From NCBI GenBank assembly GCA_964628025.1, contig CAZVLL010000012.1:12784-76783 (forward strand): DNA of 64,000 nucleotides, written 5' to 3'. Below, in pieces: positions 35,905 to 44,110 of this stretch. Source of the DNA: an uncultured Syntrophaceae bacterium (GTDB taxonomy: Bacteria; Desulfobacterota; Syntrophia; Syntrophales; UBA2192). A program made the position numbers and the translations under genes. Position 1 is the stretch's first letter; every line of letters starts with the position of its first letter. The notes under the pieces are model-generated. The model was not told the origin of the DNA. It searched no databases and was given only the letters and a program-made list of their open reading frames with translations.

Positions 35905-36798
35905 ATGTCCGATTATCTCCTCCGCGTCTTGAGCGATAAAGCGAATGTCATCGGCCTGGCCTGCCGAACAACGGATCTCGTCAACCTGGCCTGCCGGCTC
36001 CACGGGACGACGCCGACGGCCTCTGCGGCCCTGGGCAGGGCCCTCACCGGCGGGCTTCTCCTGGGAGCGCTCGCCAAGCCGGGCCTCCGGGTAGGCCTCA
36101 AGTTCGAGGGAAATGGTCCCCTGAAAAAAATCCTTGTCGAAGCCGACAGCGAGGGAACCGCCAGGGGCTTTGTGGGGGTCCCTGACATCGACGTGATGGT
36201 GAAGGACGGAAAACTCCATGTTTCCGGTGCCCTGGGGACGGAGGGGTACCTCACCGTTTTCAAGGACGTGGGCCTCGATGAGCCCTACCAGGGAATCGTG
36301 AAGCTTCGGACGGGCGAGATTGCCGAGGACATCGCCTGCTATTTCGTCGAATCCGAGCAGATTCCGTCGGCTGTGGGGCTTGGAGTGTATGTCGAGACCG
36401 ACGGGCAGGTCTCGGCGGCGGGCGGGTTTCTCATCCAGTCGCTGCCGCCCTCGGAGGAGACGACGATCGGCCAGCTGATCATCAATATCCGGAAGATTCG
36501 CTCGGTGACCGATGTCCTGCGGGAAGGAAAGTCGCCCGAGGATCTTCTTGATTTGATCTTCGAAGGAATTCCCTTCAAGTCTCTCGAGAAGAAGGAACTC
36601 TCCTTCCGCTGTGCCTGCACCCGCGAACGGATCGAGGGTGTGCTCATCTCGCTTGGCTGTGAAAATCTGACGCACGTGCTTTCGGAGCAGGGTGAAGCCG
36701 AAATCACCTGCGAGTTCTGCCGGACGGCGTATCACTTCAACCGCGGACAGCTCGAACAGTTGATCCGGGAAATCGAGTGTGCCGGGACACAGGCGTAA
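35905..36798 (+). CDS. hslO: Hsp33 redox-regulated chaperone
   Basis: ALGRAL, G.GPL...VEADSEG..RG, ESEQIPSA, zinc motif CAC...CEFC. Confidence 0.95.
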   Translation: MSDYLLRVLSDKANVIGLACRTTDLVNLACRLHGTTPTASAALGRALTGGLLLGALAKPGLRVGLKFEGNGPLKKILVEADSEGTARGFVGVPDIDVMVKDGKLHVSGALGTEGYLTVFKDVGLDEPYQGIVKLRTGEIAEDIACYFVESEQIPSAVGLGVYVETDGQVSAAGGFLIQSLPPSEETTIGQLIINIRKIRSVTDVLREGKSPEDLLDLIFEGIPFKSLEKKELSFRCACTRERIEGVLISLGCENLTHVLSEQGEAEITCEFCRTAYHFNRGQLEQLIREIECAGTQA

Positions 36799-36831
36799 AC
36801 AGGCTGACGGGCTCGGGACGACGGGAAGTTG

Positions 36832-37107
36832 TTACTTTACGACAAGGACGCAGTTCTCGCCTCCGTACTGGTTCCAGCAGCGGGTGGTGCAGCAGGGGTC
36901 ATCGGTCCAGATGCCGTCGACAACATACCGGTACTCGTATTTCCCGGGCTTGAGGTAGAAACTGACCGTCCAGTTTCCGGCGTCCTCTCGTTTCAGGGGG
37001 CGGGTGGAAGGGTCCCAGTTGTTGAACGTCCCTGCCACGGCGACCTCGCGGGCATGGGGTGCATGGACGTTAAAGGTGGCCTTTTTCTTGCCAAGGTTGT
37101 GTGCCAT
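36832..37107 (-). CDS. Stand-alone glycogen-binding (CBM48/AMPK-beta-like) protein
   Basis: AREVAVAGTFNNW...GNW...LKPGKYEYRYVVDGIW..DP. Confidence 0.9.
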   Translation of the reverse strand: MAHNLGKKKATFNVHAPHAREVAVAGTFNNWDPSTRPLKREDAGNWTVSFYLKPGKYEYRYVVDGIWTDDPCCTTRCWNQYGGENCVLVVK

Positions 37108-37275
37108 AAATCACCTCCCGAGAGCAGGAAAATGATAGCACAGACGATTCGCAGACTTCAACGTTTCTTGCTGTGAAGGAATAGCCGGCGTATTGGCCGG
37201 CGAGTCTTTCGCACTTGCCTGCGACCGTGAAACCGGGGTAAAAAGAAGAACGATTTGTTCATAAAGGAGACGGGT

Positions 37276-37773
37276 ATGACCGATCAGACGCGTGCCAACG
37301 TCGAGGCGGCCTTTGTGGGAGAGGCCAAGGCCTATTTCCGGCTGCTGGCCTTTGCCGAGAAGGCCGAGGAAGAGGGGTACCCGCAGGTTGCCCGGCTTTT
37401 TCGCGCCGTCGCCGCCGCCGAGGCCGTTCATGCGAAGAGCCATTTCGATCTGCTCGAAGAGGTCCATTCCACGGAGGAAAACTTGAAACTTTCCTTCGAG
37501 AAAGAGACCTTCGTCAACGAGGTGGCCTACCCGGCGTTTCTGAAACAGGCCTGGGCCGATGAGGACAAGCTTTCCATCTGGTATTTTACCAAGGCCCGCA
37601 ACGCCGAGGAGCGCCACGCCCATCTCTACAAACTGGTCATTTCCGACATGGCGAGCGACAAGGAAACGCAGTATTTCGTCTGCTCCTACTGCGGCTGGGT
37701 TGAAACGCTTGCGAGGCCCGAAAAGTGTCCAAACTGCGGCCGGGCACAGGAACTCTACCGTGAGATTCAATAA
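37276..37773 (+). CDS. rbr: Rubrerythrin
   Basis: AFVGEAKA, AEAVHA, AEERH diiron motifs; C-terminal CSYC...CPNC; AAGGAG RBS before ATG 37276. Confidence 0.93.
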   Translation: MTDQTRANVEAAFVGEAKAYFRLLAFAEKAEEEGYPQVARLFRAVAAAEAVHAKSHFDLLEEVHSTEENLKLSFEKETFVNEVAYPAFLKQAWADEDKLSIWYFTKARNAEERHAHLYKLVISDMASDKETQYFVCSYCGWVETLARPEKCPNCGRAQELYREIQ

Positions 37774-37882
37774 AGGTAATTTTCCGCATGAATCTGCCGA
37801 TAAGCAGAAGAAATTGCCCCGCGAGCTTGCGAAAAACGCCGCCGGTGCTTACATTGTGTAGCGAAAAGGGAAGGGGTTCATT

Positions 37883-37920
37883 CCCCCTCACCCCGACCCT
37901 CTCCCTCCAGGGGAGAGGGA
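37883..37920. repeat. BoxC-like intergenic repeat
   Basis: CCCCCTCACCCCGACCCTCTCCC-TCCAG-GGGAGAGGG matches the widespread CCCTCACCC.AACCCTCTCCC...GGGAGAGGG element. Confidence 0.7.
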
Positions 37921-37954
37921 GTCTGAATAGTCTTACATTGTTCTAGGAGGTGTT

Positions 37955-38929
37955 ATGTCGATCAATCGCTGGCTGTTGAAAGGACTCATGCTCTTTACGC
38001 TGTTTTTCTTTCTTTGCTTTTTAATCCCTGATGATGCCTTCTCCCGAGCGGGCGGAGGAACCTCTTCAGGCAGCCGGGGATCCAGGACATACTCGGCACC
38101 GAGGACAACGACGTCTCCCACACCCACGTCACCCGGACCATCGCAGGCCGTTTCTCCGTCGCCAACGGCTCCTGTGCCCCAGCCGGCCCCCCAGTACAGC
38201 TTCTGGCGAAGCATGGCCGGCGGCGTCGTCGGAGGCCTCGTGGGCGGTATGTTGTTCCGGAGTCTCGGTTTCGGGGCCCCCGACGGAGGCGGCATGTTCG
38301 GCGGGATCGGAATTTTCGAGATCATCCTGATCGGAGGCATCCTGTATTTCATCTACCGGTTTGTCAAGAAACGCCGCGAGCAGGCAGCCACGGCCGGGGC
38401 CTATTCCCAGGGCCAGTCCGTGGACACCGCTTCCCCGTCCTATGCCCCGTCTGGGGGAAGCCCCGCTCCGGAATCCAATGATGTCGAGCGCGGAATTTCG
38501 CACGTCCGCCAGATGGATGCGGCGTTCGACGAAAAGCGTTTCACCGATGCCTGCATGGATGTTTTTTTCCAGATCCAGGGTGCCTGGTCGAACCGCGACA
38601 TGTCCACGGCAAGGAATGTCCTGACCGAGGAGATGTACGGCATCCTCTCCGGTGACGCCCAGAAAATGAAGGCGGAAAAGAAATTCAACCGACTGGAGAA
38701 CATTGCCGTCCGCTCTATCGACATCACAGAGGCCTGGCAGGAGGGGGGGCAGGATTATATCACCGTGAAATTCTATGCCAACCTGCTGGACTACACGGTG
38801 GATGAATCCACAAAGCAGGTGCTGTCGGGGAGCAGGACGGAGCCCGTGAAATTTGAAGAGTACTGGACCTTCACGAGAACCGTCGGGAGCAACCCCTGGA
38901 AGCTGTCGGCCATTCAGCAGGCACAATGA
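37955..38929 (+). CDS. Tim44/TimA domain-containing membrane protein
   Basis: A.ARAGGGTSSGSRGSRT start, Gly-rich TM region, C-terminal FEEYWTFTR...W.LSAIQQ. Confidence 0.93.
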   Translation: MSINRWLLKGLMLFTLFFFLCFLIPDDAFSRAGGGTSSGSRGSRTYSAPRTTTSPTPTSPGPSQAVSPSPTAPVPQPAPQYSFWRSMAGGVVGGLVGGMLFRSLGFGAPDGGGMFGGIGIFEIILIGGILYFIYRFVKKRREQAATAGAYSQGQSVDTASPSYAPSGGSPAPESNDVERGISHVRQMDAAFDEKRFTDACMDVFFQIQGAWSNRDMSTARNVLTEEMYGILSGDAQKMKAEKKFNRLENIAVRSIDITEAWQEGGQDYITVKFYANLLDYTVDESTKQVLSGSRTEPVKFEEYWTFTRTVGSNPWKLSAIQQAQ

Positions 38930-38964
38930 GAAAGGGCCGAGGGCTGTGGGTCGAGGGTTTTGGC

Positions 38965-39005
38965 AAAAGAAAGAGGCCCTTGCGGATTTCTGCAAGGGCC
39001 TTTCC
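38965..39005. terminator. Bidirectional terminator between convergent genes
   Basis: AAAGAAAG-AGGCCCTTGC-GGATTTCT-GCAAGGGCCT-TTCC. Confidence 0.75.
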
Positions 39006-39049
39006 ATTTATGTTTCTTGCCTACACGCCACACGCTATACGCTGTGCGC

Positions 39050-39451
39050 TCAGTGTGTCTGCTTGATATGGGTACGGGCCCATTCGATGAGTTCCTGGAT
39101 GGTCGTGCCCATGGAGAAGAACTGGACGATCCCGACTTCCTTGAGCCGGGGGATGTCTTCATAACTGAGAAACCCGCCCGCCGTCACCCCGATGTCCCGG
39201 GCACCGGCCCTTTCGAGCAGTTCCATGACTTTCCGGATATCGTCGATTTTCGCGCCGGGAAGCGTTGTGATGCCGATATGATCCACATCCTCTTGTATTG
39301 CGGATGACACGATGGCTTCCGGCGTCTGGGTTTCCGTGTAGATGATCTCGAATCCCGACTCCCGGAAAGCCAGTGCAAGCTTCACGACGGAGTTCTCGAA
39401 CCCCTCCCCGAATTTGGCCATGAGAATCCTGACCCTTTTTTCGTGCAGCAT
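39050..39451 (-). CDS. Stand-alone cobalamin-binding domain (methylmalonyl-CoA mutase C-terminal-like) lacking the DxHxxG motif
   Basis: RILMAK.G...FRESGFEIIY...TPEAIVSSAIQEDVDHIG...AGG...L...G...F..GT fold signature; EGFENS replaces DGHDRG. Confidence 0.85.
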   Translation of the reverse strand: MLHEKRVRILMAKFGEGFENSVVKLALAFRESGFEIIYTETQTPEAIVSSAIQEDVDHIGITTLPGAKIDDIRKVMELLERAGARDIGVTAGGFLSYEDIPRLKEVGIVQFFSMGTTIQELIEWARTHIKQTH

Positions 39452-39490
39452 CGGTTCCCCCTTTTTCCTGAGCCCTGTTCCTGCGTCCTG

Positions 39491-39518
39491 TGTATAGAAA
39501 ACCACGGGAGCGTGTCAA
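39491..39518 (-). promoter_or_regulatory. Sigma70-type promoter candidate for the B12-binding-domain gene
   Basis: Minus strand TTGACA-N16-TATACA about 40 nt upstream of the ATG. Confidence 0.55.
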
Positions 39519-39725
39519 GGGAATTAAAAATTTCTGCATAACAGCAGAAGCCGATTGACTTTTTTGTATGTTCCGGCTTATTAACCATCTTTACCTTTGG
39601 GCCGCATCCGTGCCCAGCACCCAATTTGCATGCCTTCCTTTCGGGAGAAGCCTTCGGCATCTGCATTATTTCCCGGGGGACGCAAGGGACGACGGCAACA
39701 CGGAATACCTTGCGGGGTGACCATC

Positions 39726-40943
39726 ATGATCACAGACAACATCTATCTCAGTGAGCTTCTGGGTCGTCCCCTCTTGGACAAGAAAGGGGATGCCATCGGA
39801 AAGATCCGAGACCTCAATGTGGTACCCGGTGACCCATTCCCTTTCGTGGAGGGGCTCTACGTCAAGACCCCCCAAGGGACCGCCTACATTTCGATGAAGG
39901 AGATCAACGTCCTCAACAAGAGGGTTGTCACGATGCGGGGAGATGCCGGAACCATCGTCTACGCGGAGCCCCGGGAGAAGGAAATCCTGATCGCGAAGCA
40001 CATCATGGACAAGCAGATCGTCGATATCAACGGGGTCAAGGTCGTGCGGGTCAATGACGTGCAGCTCGGCCAGGTCAACGATCATTTCGGGATGCTGGCC
40101 ATCGATGTGGGGTTCGGAGGGATCATCCGAAGGCTCGGCTTCGGAAAGGCGCGGAAAGGAACCCTCATCCCCTGGAAGTACGTCACAACGCTGGAGCCGG
40201 GCCTTGACCGCCTCACGCTGACGATGACCCGGAAAAGCCTTGCCGAGATGCACCCCGTCGACATGGCGGAGATCCTCTCCCAGGTATCGATGCAGGAAAG
40301 AACGGCCCTTCTCAGCTCACTGGACGAAGAAACAGCGGGCGATGTGATTGGAGAGCTGGACGAGGAAACGGCGGCCAAGATCATCAGCGAGATGGAACCG
40401 GAAAAAGCCGCCGACGTGCTCGAACAGATGGATCCCGATGAGGCCGCCGACGTTCTTGGCGATCTTCCCGAGAAGAAGGCCGTGGAACTGCTCAGTCGCA
40501 TGGACAAGGAAGAGGCCGAGGAGGTCCGGGAACTCCTCGAGCACGACGAGGATACGGCGGGCGGCCTCATGACAACGGACTACATCTGCTTCCCGCCCGA
40601 CATGTCGGCAGAGGACGTGATGAAGGAGCTGCGGCTCCTGGCTCCCGATATCGAAATGATCTACTACCTCTACGTGGTAGACCGGGAAGAGCATTTGCTC
40701 GGGGTCCTCTCGCTCAAAGACCTGATCCTGGCTTCGCCCGGATCGATGCTCAGCAGCTTCATGGTAACAAACCCCAAGACGGTGCTTGCAACGGAAGACA
40801 AGAAAGAAGTGGCCGAGATGGTCTCGCGCTACAATCTTTATGCCATCCCGGTCGTCGATGAGGAAGATCACATTCTCGGCATCATTACCGTCGACGATGT
40901 GGTGGACATGCTCCTGCCCTCGCCGATCAGAAGGAAACGCTAG
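39726..40943 (+). CDS. Soluble PRC-barrel + MgtE intracellular N-domain + CBS pair protein (no membrane domain)
   Basis: Two PRC barrels, HPVDMAEIL...MDPDEAADVL, EDTAGGLMTTDY, GIITVDDV; ends immediately after the CBS pair. Confidence 0.9.
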   Translation: MITDNIYLSELLGRPLLDKKGDAIGKIRDLNVVPGDPFPFVEGLYVKTPQGTAYISMKEINVLNKRVVTMRGDAGTIVYAEPREKEILIAKHIMDKQIVDINGVKVVRVNDVQLGQVNDHFGMLAIDVGFGGIIRRLGFGKARKGTLIPWKYVTTLEPGLDRLTLTMTRKSLAEMHPVDMAEILSQVSMQERTALLSSLDEETAGDVIGELDEETAAKIISEMEPEKAADVLEQMDPDEAADVLGDLPEKKAVELLSRMDKEEAEEVRELLEHDEDTAGGLMTTDYICFPPDMSAEDVMKELRLLAPDIEMIYYLYVVDREEHLLGVLSLKDLILASPGSMLSSFMVTNPKTVLATEDKKEVAEMVSRYNLYAIPVVDEEDHILGIITVDDVVDMLLPSPIRRKR

Positions 40944-40946
40944 GCC

Positions 40947-42200
40947 ATGCTCAGGTGGCTGAAAACAATCGACCGGAAGAGCCTTCTGTTCTTCTTCAGC
41001 ATCGTCGGGCCGGGAATCATCACGGCCAACGTGGACAACGATGCGGGAGGGATTACTACATATTCCCTTGCGGGGGCTCATTACGGCTACTCCCTTCTCT
41101 GGTCCATGATCCCCATTCTCATCGTCCTGATCCTGATCCAGGACATGGTGGCTCGGCTGGGTGTCGTTACCGGGAAAGGACTTTCCGATCTCATCCGCGA
41201 GAAGTACGGCGTCCGGACCACCGTTTTTACCATGCTGGCCCTCCTCATCACCAACTTCGGCAACATCACCGCCGAGTTCGCGGGGCTTGCCGCAAGCCTG
41301 GAAATATTCGGTATCAGCCGGTATATCTCGGTTCCGCTGGGTGCAGCGGCGGTCTGGTATCTTGTGGTGAAAGGAAATTACCGGATCGTCGAAAAAGTGT
41401 TTCTCTTCGCCTGCACGGTCTATCTTTCCTATATCATCTCCGGGTTCATGGCCAACCCACCCTGGGGAGAGGTCCTGCTGGCAATGGTCAAGCCCACGTT
41501 TCATATGAACACGGACTACCTGATGATGCTGATCGGTGTCGTGGGGACAACGATCGCCCCCTGGATGCAGTTCTATCAGCAGGCATCCATCGTGGAGAAG
41601 GAGATCCGCGTGGAGGACTACCGTTACGTTCGGTGGGATGTGATTGTCGGCTGCATCTTTGCCGTTGTCGTTGCCTTTTTCATCGTCGTGGCCTGCGCGG
41701 CAACGCTCCACGCCAACAACATCCGAATCACCTCCGCCGAAGATGCCGCCGTAGCCCTGGCACCACTGGCAGGCCAGTACGCGAGCATCCTCTTTGCCAT
41801 CGGACTGGCCAACGCCTCTCTTTTTGCGGCGTCCATTCTTCCGCTGAGTACAGCCTATTCCGTCTGCGAAGGGATGGGATGGGAAACAGGCATCGGAAAA
41901 GACTTCCAGGAAGCCCCACAGTTCATGGGTCTCTATACGGGCCTCGTCATCCTGGGCGCGGGGCTCATCCTGATCCCCGGTGCTCCTCTCATCGGGATCA
42001 TGCTGGTCTCCCAGGTCATCAACGGGATCCTTCTTCCCTTCATCTTGATCTTCATTCTCCTTCTGGTAAACAATGAAGAACTGATGGGCTCCCACGTGAA
42101 CAGCCGCTTTTACAACTGGGTTTCCTGGGCATCCGTGCTGGTACTGATTTTTCTCAGCGTTGCCCTGGTGATTCAGCCGATCCTGCAGATATTTGCCTAG
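40947..42200 (+). CDS. NRAMP-family divalent metal transporter, Mg-transporting NRMT-like clade
   Basis: TM1 GPGIITANVDNDAGG (not DPGN), TM6 GTTIAPWMQFY (not ATIMPH); 3 nt after the CBS gene. Confidence 0.88.
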   Translation: MLRWLKTIDRKSLLFFFSIVGPGIITANVDNDAGGITTYSLAGAHYGYSLLWSMIPILIVLILIQDMVARLGVVTGKGLSDLIREKYGVRTTVFTMLALLITNFGNITAEFAGLAASLEIFGISRYISVPLGAAAVWYLVVKGNYRIVEKVFLFACTVYLSYIISGFMANPPWGEVLLAMVKPTFHMNTDYLMMLIGVVGTTIAPWMQFYQQASIVEKEIRVEDYRYVRWDVIVGCIFAVVVAFFIVVACAATLHANNIRITSAEDAAVALAPLAGQYASILFAIGLANASLFAASILPLSTAYSVCEGMGWETGIGKDFQEAPQFMGLYTGLVILGAGLILIPGAPLIGIMLVSQVINGILLPFILIFILLLVNNEELMGSHVNSRFYNWVSWASVLVLIFLSVALVIQPILQIFA

Positions 42201-42248
42201 AATATCCCCGGCCGTGGTATCCGTTACCTCCTGTGCTGAAGGAGTTTC

Positions 42249-43157
42249 ATGAAGCGGGAAAACAAACTTCTCCTGATATTATCTTTCAATGTAAGTCTCA
42301 TGATCCTGGAGATCATCGGGGGACTGATCAGCAACAGCCTAGCCCTCCTCAGCGATGCGGGGCACATGTTGACGGACTCGCTTGCTGTCTTTCTCAGCTA
42401 CATGGCCATCCACTGGACCCGGAAACCGGCGGACCACCGGAAGACGTTCGGCTATCACCGCGCCGAGATCCTCGTCGCCCTGGCCAACGGTGTCGCCCTG
42501 CTCGTCATCGCCGGGTACATCTTCTACGAGGCTGTCCAGCGATTTTTCAGCCCCCAGGAGATCCGGACGGGCGTCCTCCTGGCCATCGCGACCATCGGCC
42601 TGGCGGGGAATCTTTTCGGGCTCTTCATCCTGAGAGGGGAGAGCCATGACAACCTCAATATCCGGAGTGCCTTCTTCCACATCTTGGCCGATACGCTGTC
42701 TTCGGTGGGGGTCATCGTCGGTGGTGTCATCATCTGGTTCACCGGCTGGTATCTCGTCGACTCACTCGTCGGCGTGCTCATCGGGGGCATCGTGCTGAGG
42801 GGTGCCGTCGAACTGATCCGGGAGTCGGGCGAAATCCTGCTCGAGGCCACACCCCGCGACATCGATATTGCGGAGTTACGGCAGGAGGTCGAAAAAATCC
42901 CCGGCGTGAAGGGCCTGCACGACGTCCATATCTGGACGATTGGCTCCGGCCTGCGGGCGCTCAGTGCCCACGTGCTCACCGATGACATCACGACAAGAGA
43001 GAGTCAGGAGATCGCCTGTCTTGTCCGGGCCGTCCTGGGCGGGAAGTACAACATTACCCACACAACCCTCGAAGTGGAGTGCGAGAGTTGCATGGACCGG
43101 GCATGTGACATGATTCTGACCGAGAAGGATTTGGACAACATGCGACCTCGGGGCTAG
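42249..43157 (+). CDS. czcD: Cation diffusion facilitator (CzcD/ZitB-like Zn/Co/Cd efflux)
   Basis: SLALLSDAGHMLTD, TFGYHRAE, LNIRSAFFHILAD, HDVHIW, HTTLEVE. Confidence 0.92.
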   Translation: MKRENKLLLILSFNVSLMILEIIGGLISNSLALLSDAGHMLTDSLAVFLSYMAIHWTRKPADHRKTFGYHRAEILVALANGVALLVIAGYIFYEAVQRFFSPQEIRTGVLLAIATIGLAGNLFGLFILRGESHDNLNIRSAFFHILADTLSSVGVIVGGVIIWFTGWYLVDSLVGVLIGGIVLRGAVELIRESGEILLEATPRDIDIAELRQEVEKIPGVKGLHDVHIWTIGSGLRALSAHVLTDDITTRESQEIACLVRAVLGGKYNITHTTLEVECESCMDRACDMILTEKDLDNMRPRG

Positions 43158-44101
43158 GGCCGGGCCTGCACGAGTTCGGCGAACCCCAGAAGGGTCTCGG
43201 CGTCTCCCACGTAGACCGGTCGAATGTCCTTTCGAATATTCTTGATGAGTCCGGACAGGACCCTCTTGGGGCCGATTTCAATTATGGTATCGATGCCCAT
43301 CTCCGCCATCTTTTCTACCGTTTCCTGCCAGCGGACCGGGGAGATGATCTGCTTTCTCAACAGCTCTGCGGCATTTTCCGTCGTGTAATAAAGGGAAGGG
43401 TCGCAATTGGGAATGACGGGGATTTCAAAGGGTTTGAAATGAACCTTGGCAAGGTCCTTGGTGAAGAGGTCGGACGCCCCCGTGAGCAGCCTCGAGTGGC
43501 AGGGGGCGCTGATCGGAAGGCGGACGACCAGTTTCGCTCCGATCTCTTTTGCGCGTTCCATGAGGCGTTCCACTGCGCCGGCATGACCGGAAACAACGGC
43601 CTGAATCGGGGCATTTAGATTTGCCAGATCGACGGGCTCGTTTTCCCGGGAGCACTCCCGAACGAGATCTTTCATTCGGTCCAGGGTGAGGCCGACGATA
43701 GCGGCCATGGCACTGAGACCCGGCGGCACGGCTTCCTCGTGGTGTTTCGCCCTCGCATGGACAAGGCGCAGCACATCATCCAGTTCCAGTGCCCCCGAGG
43801 CGTAAATGGCGCTGAACTCGCCCAGGCTGTGACCCGCGATGACCGCAGGGTGCAGGACGTCGAGTTCCCTTACGGTCTCGAAGACGGCAATCTCAAACGA
43901 GAGGACGGCAAGCTGTGTGTTGACGGACTGGTCAAGGACCTCTTTAGGCCCTTCCAGGCACAGAGACAGGATGTCCCTGCCAAGGATCTCCCGGGCCCGA
44001 TCAAATATTTTTCTGAAGGGTTTGTGCAGATCGCAGAGATCTTTCCCCATTCCCACGAACTGGGAGCCCTGCCCGGGAAAAACAAGACCAATCCTGCCCA
44101 T
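43154..44101 (-). CDS. fabD: Malonyl-CoA:ACP transacylase
   Basis: FPGQGSQ, catalytic GHSLGE, conserved Arg (VHARA), APCHS, PVRWQETV, EIGP..VLSGL. Confidence 0.95.
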   Translation of the reverse strand: MGRIGLVFPGQGSQFVGMGKDLCDLHKPFRKIFDRAREILGRDILSLCLEGPKEVLDQSVNTQLAVLSFEIAVFETVRELDVLHPAVIAGHSLGEFSAIYASGALELDDVLRLVHARAKHHEEAVPPGLSAMAAIVGLTLDRMKDLVRECSRENEPVDLANLNAPIQAVVSGHAGAVERLMERAKEIGAKLVVRLPISAPCHSRLLTGASDLFTKDLAKVHFKPFEIPVIPNCDPSLYYTTENAAELLRKQIISPVRWQETVEKMAEMGIDTIIEIGPKRVLSGLIKNIRKDIRPVYVGDAETLLGFAELVQARP

Positions 44102-44110
44102 ACGAAACCT

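Noticed and set aside
39050-39451. Calling this a functional methylmalonyl-CoA mutase small subunit
   Set aside because: The DxHxxG cobalt ligand motif is absent and no large subunit is nearby.
39670-39700. GGGACGCAAGG resembling part of a c-di-GMP-I riboswitch, or an M-box before the Mg operon
   Set aside because: The GNRA hairpin and other conserved blocks are missing.
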